NCBI GenBank assembly: GCA_965215185.1
Contig: OZ244034.1
Location: forward strand, 1,760,001-1,824,000
Direction of reading: 5' to 3'
Origin: Acidimicrobiia bacterium
GTDB lineage: Bacteria > Actinomycetota > Acidimicrobiia > Spongiisociales > ZC4RG35
DNA length: 64,000 nt
The notes below the pieces were generated by a model. That model had not been told where the DNA came from and made no database searches. It saw only the letters and a program-made list of their open reading frames with translations. This document shows positions 41,656 to 54,651 of the stretch, in pieces (positions within the stretch are counted from its first letter, which is position 1; the number at the start of each line of letters is the position of its first letter). Position numbers and translations under genes: made by a program.

Positions 41656-42542
41656 CCCGCGAAAGTCGGCTCAGGAAGACCTGAGCATCCCGGATCAAAG
41701 GCAAACAATCCGCCGTCGAGGCCCGGTTGGGCCTCCTCCGGGGAGACCGCTCCGGCGCCCAGGCAGGTAACGAACATGGTGCCCAGACCCGACCCCCCGA
41801 AGGCCGGCATGGTGGGGACGCTCACCGGGAACCGAATCAACCGGTCGAGTTCTCCCCGAGGATTCAGACGGGCCAGTTGCCCTCCCCGCACCAGCGCCAC
41901 CCAGTAGCACCCCGACGCATCCACCGTCGCCCCGTCGGGACGGCCGGCCACATCGAAAAACTCCGCGAACACCCGCCGGTTGGTGGGCACGCCTTCGTCG
42001 GGGTCATAGTCAAAGGCCCACACCGTCTCCGCCCAGGTGTCGGCGTGATACATGGTGCGCCCATCGGGCGAGAACGCCAGCCCGTTGGAGACCCCCAGGC
42101 CGGTCAAAAAGGTGCTTACCCTCAAATCCGCATCGAGCCGGTGGAGTCGGCCCGCCGCGATCTTGTCGGAGGTCGGATCGTGCATGCTCCCCGCCCAGAA
42201 TCGCCCCTGCCGATCACAGCGCGAGTCGTTTAGTCGATTGCGAGGCAGATCCGGCTCGGGATCCGGTGCCAGCGGGTTGAGTTCCTCAGAGTCGGGACAG
42301 AACCCATGAAAGCCGTCGTCGGTGGCCACCACCAACCCCCCGTCCCGGCGCACCGCCAAGGCGGCGGGTTTGCGAGGCACCGGGCTGGAATGGTCTTGGT
42401 TGGCGACCGGGTCATAACAATGGATGGCCCGGCCGTTGATGTCCACCCACCACAGCACTTCCCGGTCAACATCCCAAACCGGGCTTTCCCCCAGTTGGGC
42501 ATCGGCGGGAACTACACAGTCGAATTGAGGTATTTGGCTCAT
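41652..42542 (-). CDS. SMP-30/gluconolactonase family protein
   Basis: LGESP.W, R.ND...D..GRFW, NGLAFSPD, PDG..VD..G. Confidence 0.93.
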   Translation of the reverse strand: MSQIPQFDCVVPADAQLGESPVWDVDREVLWWVDINGRAIHCYDPVANQDHSSPVPRKPAALAVRRDGGLVVATDDGFHGFCPDSEELNPLAPDPEPDLPRNRLNDSRCDRQGRFWAGSMHDPTSDKIAAGRLHRLDADLRVSTFLTGLGVSNGLAFSPDGRTMYHADTWAETVWAFDYDPDEGVPTNRRVFAEFFDVAGRPDGATVDASGCYWVALVRGGQLARLNPRGELDRLIRFPVSVPTMPAFGGSGLGTMFVTCLGAGAVSPEEAQPGLDGGLFAFDPGCSGLPEPTFAG

Positions 42543-42749
42543 CCCACCGACATTTTACCCGCAGCAAATCGGTTCGCTGGCAGCGCCGCCGGAACCAATC
42601 CTGAGGAGCCTGGACAGCCGCGGCGCCATATATCACAAGGAGAGATCCGGACACCATAGGATTATCGGGCCATCGCCGAGGATTACCCCCTTCATCGTCT
42701 CTTGGTTTACGGAGAGTCGAGGTGGTCGGTTACGGAGAGAAACTCCCCA

Positions 42750-44168
42750 TGCGGCGAGCGGATCGGAGTTATCGGCGCCGTGACCCCCTGGCTGGGGAAC
42801 ATCTCGAGTCCTCGCAATGTCGTAGTTTCCGCAGTGCTGCCGGCGGTGGCCGCGGAGGCCGCCAAACTGACCGCCGACGGAGTAAACAAGATCATCTTGG
42901 TCAGCCATCTCCAGGACGTGGAGGAAGAGGTGGCGTTGGTCGCAGACCTCACCGACGTGGACGTGGTGATAGCCGGTGGCGGGGACGACCTGCTGCGCAA
43001 CGAGGGCGACAGTTGCATGCCGGACGAGGAGCCGTATGACGTCTATCCGATGAGGATCACCGACGCGTCGGGCACCGAGGTGCCAGTGATAACCGCTCCC
43101 GGCGGGTACCGGTGCATCGGCGAACTGTCGGTGACCTTCGACGCCGACGGCAACATCACCAGCTCCTCGGGACGTTCGATCGGAGTGGGCTTCGATGTTG
43201 TCCCCGACCCCGGAGTGCAGGCCAGCGTGATCGACCCCCTGACGGCGGCGGTAGCCGAGATAGACGCCGATGTGATCGGCGTGAGCCAGGTGGACTTGGA
43301 CGGTCGCAGGTCGATGGTGCGCACCACCGACACCAACGTGGGGAACCTGTTGGCGGACGCCATTCGCGCAACAGCCACTCATTTGTCGGCTGGCTTCGGC
43401 ATTTCAGCGCCCCAGGTGGCGGTGACCAACGGCGGCGGCATTCGCAACGACTCGCTAATCCCCGCCGGCGACGTCACCACCGGAATAACCTGGGATATCG
43501 CCCCCTTCAACAACTTTGTGGTGGTGGGTGAAGTGCCCCGCGAGACCCTTCGCGCCCTCTTGGAGCAAGCGGTGAGCAGCGTGCCCGGCGCTGGCGGGCA
43601 GTTTGCCCAAGTCTCGGGTTTCACTTTCGACTACGATCCGACCGCCGCGGCTCGGGAGGTCGACCGGTCGGGCGACTGCTCGGTGATCGGATCACCCGGC
43701 GGACGGGTGCGCAACGTCACCCTTGACGACGGGACTGTGATCGTCAGCGACGGTTCGGTGGTCCCCGGCGCTTCGGTGATGCTGGCCATCGTCGACTTTT
43801 TGGCCAACGGCGGAGACTGCTATCCCCTGACGGAAGTGGAGACCACCCGGCTGGGAGTCACCTACCAGCAGGCCCTCGCCAACTACATAGCAGGAGATCT
43901 GGGCGGCGTGATCGGCGCCGACGACTATCCCACCGACGGCGGCGGCAGGATCACCGCCCTGGAGGCGACGGAGGCCGCCGGCACCCGCTCCTACACGGTT
44001 CGCCCCGGCGACTCTCTGCGCAAGATCGCCCAATCCCTGCTGGGATCAGAACTCCGCTGGCCAGAGATATTCGCCCTTAACCAAGGCAATACCCAAGCCG
44101 ACGGACGCACCCTGACCAACCCCAACCTGATCCACATCGGTTGGATTCTGGAAATCCCCGCCGCCTGA
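42750..44168 (+). pseudogene. N-terminally truncated 5'-nucleotidase/UshA-family protein with C-terminal LysM domain
   Basis: Similarity starts at GERIGVIG..TP; has GNLLADA, NGGGIR, PF.N, QVSG and YTVRPGDSL..IA...W.EI..LN; lacks a signal peptide and the DxH/GD/GNHE motifs. Confidence 0.75.
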
Positions 44169-44189
44169 CTTAACCAAACCCGCCGTCTT

Positions 44190-44221
44190 ACCCGCCCCCC
44201 GCGCCACCGTGGGGGGCGGGT
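44190..44221. terminator. GC-rich hairpin after the nucleotidase gene
   Basis: ACCCGCCCCCC...GGGGGGCGGGT. Confidence 0.65.
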
Positions 44222-44299
44222 CGGACCCTCACCCTGAAGGATCTATTGCGTTCCGTGCAGTCCGGACTCAAGAGCTTTATCACCACCGGAGCGTCGGCC

Positions 44300-44536
44300 G
44301 ACAGGTTGCTCTGGGGATCAGACAACATTGTCTTAGAATCCGGGCGCGCCGAACGCCGTCGGCGACTACTCTCCTGCACCAAGCAAACAGAGTCAATCTC
44401 GCGAAGGGAGGCCGCACAATTGTGTGAGATCGACCCACACCAGGCCAGTCGCCTGCTCCGAGAATCGCGAGACGACGGCGAACTGGTAATGGTCGGTAAA
44501 CGGCGCGGCGCCCGATATGTCCTCCCCGCGGGGTAA
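44300..44536 (+). pseudogene. C-terminal winged-helix remnant of an AlbA/RecG-C-type regulator
   Basis: ISRREAAQLCEI...QASRLL......GEL...G.RRGARY; no intact N-terminus. Confidence 0.55.
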
Positions 44537-44747
44537 CCCCCTCGCCACCCCCACTCTGGTGGTGGGCATCGCGTCACTGGCAGTGTATCCGCTGGACTCC
44601 ATCCGGTTGAGCTTTGCCCTGGGCGCCCTCGCCTCGGTGATGGGGTCGGTGGCCGTACGGCGGGATCACAAGCTGAAACGAGCGGGGATCGGAATGGTGT
44701 TGGGACTCATCGCATTCATAACCAGCGGATTACCCATCCGCTTCTAG
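44517..44747 (+). CDS. Small hydrophobic membrane protein (76 aa), possibly a fragment
   Basis: Three hydrophobic stretches. Confidence 0.4.
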   Translation: MSSPRGNPLATPTLVVGIASLAVYPLDSIRLSFALGALASVMGSVAVRRDHKLKRAGIGMVLGLIAFITSGLPIRF

Positions 44748-45119
44748 GTCGAACCCGCCACGAAACCAGCAAACGTTGACGACCCGGAAGGGCCGGCGCA
44801 GAGTTGGGCAACTCCCACAGAATCACCCGAAGCTGGGAAAAATACCCCCGGTCAGAGGTTGACCCCGGCCAGTTAACCAACTCATACTGGCCACAGCCGC
44901 AAAACAAATGGCGGTCCTGGTCCCGAGCTCACCAGACCGCGGTTACAAGACACGAAATCTGGTTCCCTACTGATATGGGTCAACGCGATTTCACAACGGA
45001 ACGGAGGTGGCGGGGGAGGGTACCCGACAGGGGGGAAATAGGCCCGCGAATTTCGCGACTTAACAAAGACATGAACTGTGGCAGCGCCGAGGCGGCGCCT
45101 TATCGGTCACATGGCGTGG

Positions 45120-47509
45120 TTATGACGCCGATCCCACCATTTCGCCCAGCTTCATAAGGTAGCCAACGCGAGCCTCGGTGGAAATGTACTTTGGATTGCT
45201 TGCGTCGTCACCCAGCTTTTGCCGGAGGCTCCTTACCACCGTCCGCATAGGCCGCAAGTCACCGCTGTTACCCGGACCCCACACCTCGCGCAACAGATGT
45301 CGGTAGGGGAGCACCTGCCCCGCGTGGACTGAAAGCTCATACAGCATCCGGTACTCGATGCCGGTCAGATGCACGGAACGTCCGTCCATAGTCACTTCAC
45401 GTTTTGCAAAGTGGATGTGAAGATCACCAAGAACATACTCTTCGGCGTTTTTGGCGGGGCGGGGCGCTTCTCGCCTTCTCAGGCCGGCCTCGATCCTGGC
45501 CCCCAGTTCCGTCGGCGAGAAGGGCTTGACAATGTAATCGACGGCCCCCAGGGCCAGGGCCCGGGCAATAATCTCATCCTGGCCGTAGACCGACAGGAAG
45601 ATAACCGGCACGTCTAAGGGGCGGAAGAAGTTCTCCATCAGTTCCAGACCGTCGGTCCCTGGGAGCATCAAGTCGAGCAGCACCAGATGGGGCTTTTCTT
45701 CCTCCATCAAGCGGCCAATCTCCTCCGCATCGCCGGTCAGAATGGGTATGTAGCCCGCTTTCGTCAGGGCATCCCGAACGTACTTGAGAGCATGGGGGTC
45801 GTCGTCCACCGCCAGTATCCGTTTCCGGTCGGATGCGGTGTGGTTTCCGAGCGCGGGGTGCAGGTCGGGTAGGAGCGTTTCCTTAACTGCCGGAATATTG
45901 AATAGGAACCGGCTTCCCAGGCCCGGGCCGTCGCTCTCGGCCCAGATACGACCCCCGTGGGCCTCCACTATCCCCCTGCCAATGGCCAGGCCCAAACCCG
46001 TTCCCTCCAGGTTCCTATCCCCATCCCTGCCGCGGAGCCGAGAAAACTTCCTGAACAGGTGGGGCAGGCGTTCGGCCGGCAAACCTGCACCGTCGTCGGC
46101 GACCGACACCGATACAAAGACCCCCTCCAGCATGGCGGTCACCCGGATGGGCGAAGAGTCGGCCGAGTGCCTGGCAGCGTTGGAGAGCAGGTTGTCCAGC
46201 ACTTGGACGATGCGGCGGCGGTCGGCCATCACCGACGGCAGATCGGAGGGTAGATCGATGTGGAGGTTGTGCCGGCCCCCTCCGCTGAGAAAGCAGGTCC
46301 TGGCCTGGTCGACTAGTACCGCCACGCTGGTGGGTTCGGTGGCCAAGGGCAGTGCACCGGTCTCGATCAGAGCAACATCCAACAGGTCGCGGATCAAGAA
46401 CCGCATTTGGTTGGACTGATCAAGAATGATGCGGTGGAATTGGGCCGTCTCGGCGGGGTGAAGATCAGAGGACTCTTGGAGCAGCGTCTCGGCGGAACCC
46501 TTGATAGTGCTCAACGGAGTGCGCAACTCGTGGCTCACCATGCCCAGGAACTCGGCTCGCAGCCGCTGGATTTCCCTCATGGGGGCCAGATCCTGCAGGG
46601 TCATGACGAAGGATTCCACCGTGCCATCATCGGACCGCACCGGGGTGGCGTTCAGGAGAGCGCTGACGCTGCGGCCGTCGGGAACCTGGATGGTGATCTC
46701 CTCGGCCCGCACTGTCTGCCCGGAAAGGAGCATCTTGGTCGCAAAGCACTTGGAAGGGGGGCAATTCCCCCCTTCCGCACGCCGGACCGTTATAACGTCT
46801 AGGAGTTCCTTGGCCGGCCGTCCCGGTTCCTGCAGATTGCTGATCATCCTTTCGGCCTCCCGATTGACCGACACCAGGTCCCCGGTCCTTACGTCGAACA
46901 CCAAGACACCCACCGGAGAAGTGTTGATCAAAGTCTCCAGATCGGTTCTGGCCCGTTGTTCATCCCGGTGTCGGCGGGCATTGGCGATGACCATCCCCGC
47001 CTGGGATGCGAACATCACCAGGGTCTCCTCGTCTTCAGGGGTGAACTCCCCGCCAGGGTTCTTTATGGCCAGGAAGATGAAGCCAACGCCCTTGCCCCGG
47101 CGTCGGATTGGCGCCACCAGAAAAGGCAACGCGCCACTGAATTTGCCCGGCGGGGAGAACTCTGGCAACCCCAGCCCCCGTGTGAAGCTATGGAAGTCCG
47201 GCAACCGCAGCGGTTGTTCCATATCTACCAGGGCCTGGTAATACAGCAGGCCATCGGGCAGGATTTCAAGGTCCCGGTGTTCCTGCGGGGTCATTCCCGA
47301 GGTGACAAAGAACTTCGCATGCCCCGCTTCATCTACCAGAGCGATGCCGCCATAGCGGGCCTCGGTCAGCGTCCGGGCGCTGTATACACCTCATCAAGGA
47401 CATTGTCCAAATCCAGGCTCTCGTTGATCCGGAGGCTGGCTTGACTCAGTCTGGTTAGCCGGTCCCGTAACGCCTGGTTCTCCCGAGCCACATCGTCGTT
47501 GTCTCTCAT
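45120..47509 (-). CDS. Soluble hybrid sensor kinase-response regulator (GAF-PAS-HisKA-HATPase-REC-OmpR wHTH); frameshift at about 47385
   Basis: MRDNDD..LRINESLDL in one frame continues as SARTLTEARYG in another; SHELRTPL, NLLSNA, D.G.G, GTGLGL, VDDD, LDLMLP, KPF, LRQKLGD. Confidence 0.88.
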
Positions 47510-47601
47510 TTCAACCACCGGAATTGTAACCTGAACCAGGGCTTATGCCCTGTTGAACCGCCTGCCGGGAAACTAGGTCGATCAGCAACTGAGCAAGGTG
47601 A

Positions 47602-48396
47602 TCAGGTCCTCCCCGAGGGAGGACGGCCCGGGCCGGGGGGGCCGGCATAGGCTTGGGCGATCTGCATCCAGCGGGCGGCGAGATTGCCTTCTATGACCAG
47701 ACGGGTGTCGTCGGGATGGCGGCGCTGGGTCACCACCAGGCAGAAGTCCAGAAGCGGGCCGGTGACACAAGCTTGCGCGGTGTCGTTCCAGACCCGGGTA
47801 CGCCCCGACGAGCCCCGTAGCGCCACCCGCACCCGCTTTTCGGGCACCGGCAAGCCCCGGTTGCGAAAGCTCCAGGAAAAGGTCTTGATGCCCAACTCCG
47901 CCACGTGATAGATGCGATCGGTCAGCGGGTACGGCACACCCAACGCCTCGGCCACGTCCTGGCCGTGCGCCCAGTTCTCCATCAGCCGGGCCTGCGCCGA
48001 GGAATGCGCCTTCATCGGTGGCCCGTACCAGGGAAGCCGCTGATCGGGATCAGCCCCACCCATGGCGGCATGCAACTGGGCCCGCGCCCTTCTCCACCAG
48101 TCCAGGAGTTCGGACCCTTCCATCCCCCGACCCGTAGCCATGATCTCGTCCTCAACGCCCCACGGATCCTCGGACGCCATCAACTCGGCCACCATTGCCA
48201 CGAACCCCTCGGGATCGGTCACCGTCTGTGCCGCCTTCTCGTCGAAATAGGCCAGATGGCTGATCTGATCGGTCACATTCCACCCTTCCGATGGAGTTGC
48301 GGTCGCCCAACCGGACTCGTCCAGATCCGCCACCAAGCTGTCGAGTGCTTCCTGCTCACCGGCCAGATCGGCCAGCACCGACTGCATACCCGCCAC
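47602..48396 (-). CDS. TIGR03084-type / MDMPI (mycothiol-dependent maleylpyruvate isomerase) family metal-binding protein
   Basis: TP.EGW...QI.HLA.FD, PWYGPPM, ARLME.WAHGQD, AQA.AGPPG. Confidence 0.88.
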   Translation of the reverse strand: MAGMQSVLADLAGEQEALDSLVADLDESGWATATPSEGWNVTDQISHLAYFDEKAAQTVTDPEGFVAMVAELMASEDPWGVEDEIMATGRGMEGSELLDWWRRARAQLHAAMGGADPDQRLPWYGPPMKAHSSAQARLMENWAHGQDVAEALGVPYPLTDRIYHVAELGIKTFSWSFRNRGLPVPEKRVRVALRGSSGRTRVWNDTAQACVTGPLLDFCLVVTQRRHPDDTRLVIEGNLAARWMQIAQAYAGPPGPGRPPSGRT

Positions 48397-49291
48397 TACA
48401 GCGGAGCCTTCCCCACCTTTTCGCCGACCATGTGCTCCAGGGCCTTCACCAGACCATGGTTGCCCTCCGCTCCCAGGCCCCTGTGTTGCAACGCCCGATA
48501 AAGCTGGAACACCAATGCGGTTCCCGGCAGGGGAACCCCCAATTCGTCAGCCGCCTCCAGCACCAACCGCAGATCCTTTTGCTGCAGATCGATGGTGAAA
48601 CCGGGACGCCAATCCCGCACGATCATCTGCGGGCCCCGGTTGGCCAACATCCAAGAAGTCGCCGCGCCGGCGGTCACCGCCGACAGAGTCGACTCCAACT
48701 CCAGCCCGCCGATCTCGGCAAACAACAATGCCTCCGACGCCGCCAACTGGTTCACCGCCACCAGCACCTGGTTGACCAGTTTCACCATCTGCCCCGAGCC
48801 CACCGGACCGGTGTGGGTGATGTTCTTTCCCATCACCTCCAGATACGGGCGCACCCGATCGAGGTCCGAAGCCTCACCTCCCACCATGATCGACAGGGTT
48901 CCAAGCTCTGCTCCCTCGTTTCCCCCGCTCACCGGACCGTCCAGCCACGAAGACCCCGCCTCTTCGGCCAGGCTCGCCAGTCGCCGGGTCTCCGACGGGC
49001 TGATGGTGGAGTGATCAACCACCACCGAACCGGGCGACAACCCGGCCAGGATTCCGTCGGGTCCCTCGGTGACCGCCACCACGTCGGGAGTGTCGGAAAC
49101 GCAAATCAACACCACCGTGGACCGCTCCGCCACCTCCCGGGCCGATCCTGCCGCCGAGGCGCCCAGGTCGATGACCGGCGCCATCCGGGAGGCAGTGCGG
49201 TTCCACACCACCACGTCATAGCCGGCCCGCACCAGGTTGGCGGCCATTCCTCCTCCCATTATCCCCAACCCTATAAATCCAAGCTTCTCAC

Positions 49292-49295
<4 letters not shown>
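48396..49295 (-). CDS. 3-hydroxyisobutyrate dehydrogenase family NAD(P)-dependent oxidoreductase
   Basis: GFIGLGIMG, D.STISP, D.PVSGG, K..NQ, KDL. Confidence 0.93.
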
Positions 49296-51260
<1,965 letters not shown>

Positions 51261-51264
<4 letters not shown>

Positions 51265-52046
51265 AACGACGGCGCCTCGATCCCCAGCCGGGCCTGCAAC
51301 CGACTCATCCCCGCCAGCCAACGGTCGTAGTCGGTGGCCTTGCCTGCAAAGTACTCACTCACTTCCGGATGGGGAAGGATCAAAAAGCTCTCGGCCCGCA
51401 GGCCTTCCACCACCGCCTCGGCCACCTGATCAGCCGACAATCCCACCTGGTGCGCCATAGCCATCATTCCCGCCGGCAGCAGATCATCCAAAAGCCCCGT
51501 GAACACGAACTGCGGGCACAGCGTCGAGACCTTCAAACCCTGGTCGGCGTAGGTGATCTGCAGCCACTCGGCCAACGCCACCACCGCGTGCTTGGTCACC
51601 GAATAGGCCGCTGCTCCGAAGTTGGTCAAAAGCCCCGCCGCCGAGGCGGTGTGCAACAGATACCCCTCGCCGCGCGCCAGCATCCCGGGCAGCACCGCCC
51701 GCGCCGCGTAAACATGGGACATGAAGTTGATTTCCCAGATGCGCTGCCAGTCCTCATCAGACGTCTCCACTCCCCCCTCCATCCCGATCCCGGCGTTGGC
51801 GCAATACAGGTCGATGGGACCCAACCGATCCTCCACTTCGGTAACAACGCTCTGCGTATCGGATTCGTTGGCCACATTGGCCCCGAACCACAACCCGCCG
51901 ATCTCTTCTCCCACCCGGCCAGCGGCGTCTCCGTCCAGGTCCACCACCGCCACCCGGGCGCCCTCGGAAGAAAACCGACGGCACAAACCCTCTCCGATCC
52001 CGTTCCCCCCGCCGGTCACCACTACCACCCGATCAGCCAATTCCAT
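51261..52046 (-). CDS. SDR family oxidoreductase
   Basis: TGG..GIG, NAG, YSVTK. Confidence 0.92.
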
Positions 52047-52189
52047 GTTCGGTTCGCTCCTTGATAGTTTCTAGGCTCCCCATTTTGGCAGATCCGCCAC
52101 CGCACCGGACCGCCCACAGACTCAAACCTCCACTCCCATCCCGAGTGGGCGAATCTAGGATAGGCGTCAACTGCCAGAAGGGGAGCGAC

Positions 52190-52372
52190 ATGGCACAGAT
52201 CAAAAAGCCAATCGATGAGAGCACTTCCGCAAACAGCGATGGCCAAGACCAACAGGGGAGGGACTTTCCGCCGTTGCGGGAGACAATCCATTCTTCGGAA
52301 AAGCGCTGGGACCTCATACAAACGGAGATAGCCCGTCACCAGGATGTTCTGGCTGAACTCGCCGACTCTTGA
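52190..52372 (+). CDS. Putative antitoxin partner of Doc (60 aa)
   Basis: GGGAG RBS, TTGA overlap with the toxin gene, C-terminal helix ARHQDVLAELAD. Confidence 0.6.
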   Translation: MAQIKKPIDESTSANSDGQDQQGRDFPPLRETIHSSEKRWDLIQTEIARHQDVLAELADS

Positions 52373-52755
52373 AAGAGCCGAACTGGGTATCTGAGAACGA
52401 GGCAATAGCCTTGCATGACGAGGCTCTCCTCAATCACGGCGGATCGCCGGGGATACGAGACCGGCGACTGCTGGAATCGGCACTGGCGCGGCCTCGTCAG
52501 ATACTGGCCTATGCCAGCAACCCGAACATCGTGGAATTAGCCGCCGCTTACACAACTGGAATTGTCAAAAACCACCCTTTCGTGGACGGCAACAAACGGA
52601 CCGGATATTCTGTAGCGGTCGCCTTCCTGATTCTGAACGGTTATCGCATCGCTGCCACCGGCGGAATGAAAGAGGCTGTGGTCAACCTGGTGGAGGGATC
52701 GTTGAGCGAAGCGGATTTCGCCGCCTTCCTGGGATCGGCCGTCGAGCCCTCGTAG
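52369..52755 (+). CDS. doc: Death-on-curing (Doc/Fic) family toxin
   Basis: GG.PGIRD..LLESALARP, HPFVDGNKRT. Confidence 0.92.
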   Translation: MKEPNWVSENEAIALHDEALLNHGGSPGIRDRRLLESALARPRQILAYASNPNIVELAAAYTTGIVKNHPFVDGNKRTGYSVAVAFLILNGYRIAATGGMKEAVVNLVEGSLSEADFAAFLGSAVEPS

Positions 52756-52843
52756 TCCCCGGCCCGAATCTTTCACCACAACCCAGAACCCTGTTCCTCC
52801 AACGAGTTCGGAAAGAACGTCCCGGGCTATAGGGAAAACGGGT

Positions 52844-53818
52844 TCAACCGCGCCGAAAGTGCGGAATCACCTCCGCCGCGAACAGTTCCAGCAACTCCTC
52901 GAAGCGGTCGAAATCCGAACGCAGATCAACCATGAAGTGATCCACGCCCCGGGCGTCGAAGTCGCCCACCCGCTCCACGATCTCGGGGATGTCCCCCGCC
53001 ACCAAGATCCCGCGCAGATCATCGAAGCTGCGATATCCCCCCGGCGGGGCTATCCAGAACCTGCTCCCTTCCGACGAACTGGAAAGCGCCGAAATATCCA
53101 GCCCGGCCAGCGCCTCGGCCTTGGTGCGGGCGATGCGCAGGCGAGGGATCACCCCCACCACGCAGGGCGGGCGTCCCCACTCGGCTTCCTTCTCCCGCAG
53201 ATAAGCCAGCCGGTCGTCGAAGGTGGGAAAGGGCATTCCCCCCGGCAGCCACCCGTCACACCACTGTGCGGCCCGGCGCACCGCCGCGCGGGTGGTGCCC
53301 CCGTACCAGATGGGCAGACCTCCCGCCGGACGGGGATGCATGGTCACCGCCTCCACTTGGAACATCCCGCCCGAGAAGTCCACCTGCTCCTGCGTGAAGG
53401 CCTCTCGCCAGATGCGGATGGTCTCGGTGACGATCTCCACCTTGCGATCCGGATCGAGCCCGGCCGCTTCGATCTCGGCCTCGAAGTGGCCGGCGCCGAT
53501 CCCGGCCACCACCCGGTCCCCTCCGGCCAGAAAGTCAAGCGACATCAGTTCTTTGGCGCTCTTGAGGGGCCAGCGGATGGGAATCAACACCGCGGTCCCC
53601 AGCTTGATCCGCTGGGTGACCCCCGCCGCCGCCGCCAGAGTGAGGGTGGCGTCCAAGAAAGTTAGATCGGCGGCCTCGTGGCGGTGAGGCGTCCAGATCA
53701 GGTGATCGCGCACCCACAGCGCGTCGTAATCCAGCCGCTCGGCCAACCGGGCGCCGCGAAGCAAAAGCTCCCGAGACGCCTCCCGTCCGAAATGGGGAAG
53801 CATCACCCCAAAAGTCAT
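52844..53818 (-). CDS. LLM class flavin/F420-dependent oxidoreductase
   Basis: FGV.LP, AE.L.YD..WV.DH, T.RI.LGT.V, PIW.GG, DGW.P. Confidence 0.9.
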   Translation of the reverse strand: MTFGVMLPHFGREASRELLLRGARLAERLDYDALWVRDHLIWTPHRHEAADLTFLDATLTLAAAAGVTQRIKLGTAVLIPIRWPLKSAKELMSLDFLAGGDRVVAGIGAGHFEAEIEAAGLDPDRKVEIVTETIRIWREAFTQEQVDFSGGMFQVEAVTMHPRPAGGLPIWYGGTTRAAVRRAAQWCDGWLPGGMPFPTFDDRLAYLREKEAEWGRPPCVVGVIPRLRIARTKAEALAGLDISALSSSSEGSRFWIAPPGGYRSFDDLRGILVAGDIPEIVERVGDFDARGVDHFMVDLRSDFDRFEELLELFAAEVIPHFRRG

Positions 53819-53853
53819 TCCTCGTTCGGTCCGCCGCAGCGCGTCGTAGCGCC

Positions 53854-54651
53854 TCACTCGTCTTGGACTTCCCAACGCCGGAAGAAGGTCTGGAAGCGGT
53901 TCATCCCGGCGGTGATCGCCACCGCCAGAAGCGTTATGAAGATGATGGGGACGAACATGTTGGCCATCTGGAATTTGTTGGCGTATCGGATCACCAACCC
54001 GCCCAGTCCGGTGATCACCACGATGATCTCCGCTCCGATCACTCCCACCAGCGCGTGGGAGAGCCCGATCCGCAAACCGGCGAAGATCAGCGGCAGCGCC
54101 CCGGGGATCACCACGGAGGTGGCGATCTTGCGTCGGGTGGCGCAGAAGGAGCGGCCCACTTCCACCAACTCCTCGTCGACGTTCTTCACTCCGGTGGCGG
54201 TGTTGTAGATGATGGGAAACACCGAGGCCAGGATCACCAGCACCACCCGGATCCGGTCGTTGATGCCGAACCAGATGACCAGCACCGGGATCAGCGCGAT
54301 GGACGGCAGGGCGTACATCAGGGTCACGTAGGGTTCCAGCACGTACTCGGCCAGCCGGGAGCGGCCCATCACCATCCCCACCAGCAGCCCGATCACAATC
54401 GCTGCTCCAAAACCCAGGAAGAACGCCCGGGCGGTCACCAGGGCCTCAGCAAAGATCACCCCTTCCACGAAGGTGAGCTCCCAAAAGGCTCTCAGTATCT
54501 CCGAGGGGGGCGCGGCCAGCGCGCGGCTCTGGGCGCGGGTGGATATCTCCCAGAAGCCGAACAGCACCACCGCGAACCCGATCCGCACCATCCAGTCGAC
54601 CAGCGTCCGCCGGCCGGTCAAGTCCAGGACGGGAGTTTTCATTCTTGCCAT
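53854..54651 (-). CDS. NitT/TauT family ABC permease
   Basis: P.IALIP...IWFG, EAA-like loop, V.IPGALP.IF.GLR. Confidence 0.92.
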   Translation of the reverse strand: MARMKTPVLDLTGRRTLVDWMVRIGFAVVLFGFWEISTRAQSRALAAPPSEILRAFWELTFVEGVIFAEALVTARAFFLGFGAAIVIGLLVGMVMGRSRLAEYVLEPYVTLMYALPSIALIPVLVIWFGINDRIRVVLVILASVFPIIYNTATGVKNVDEELVEVGRSFCATRRKIATSVVIPGALPLIFAGLRIGLSHALVGVIGAEIIVVITGLGGLVIRYANKFQMANMFVPIIFITLLAVAITAGMNRFQTFFRRWEVQDE

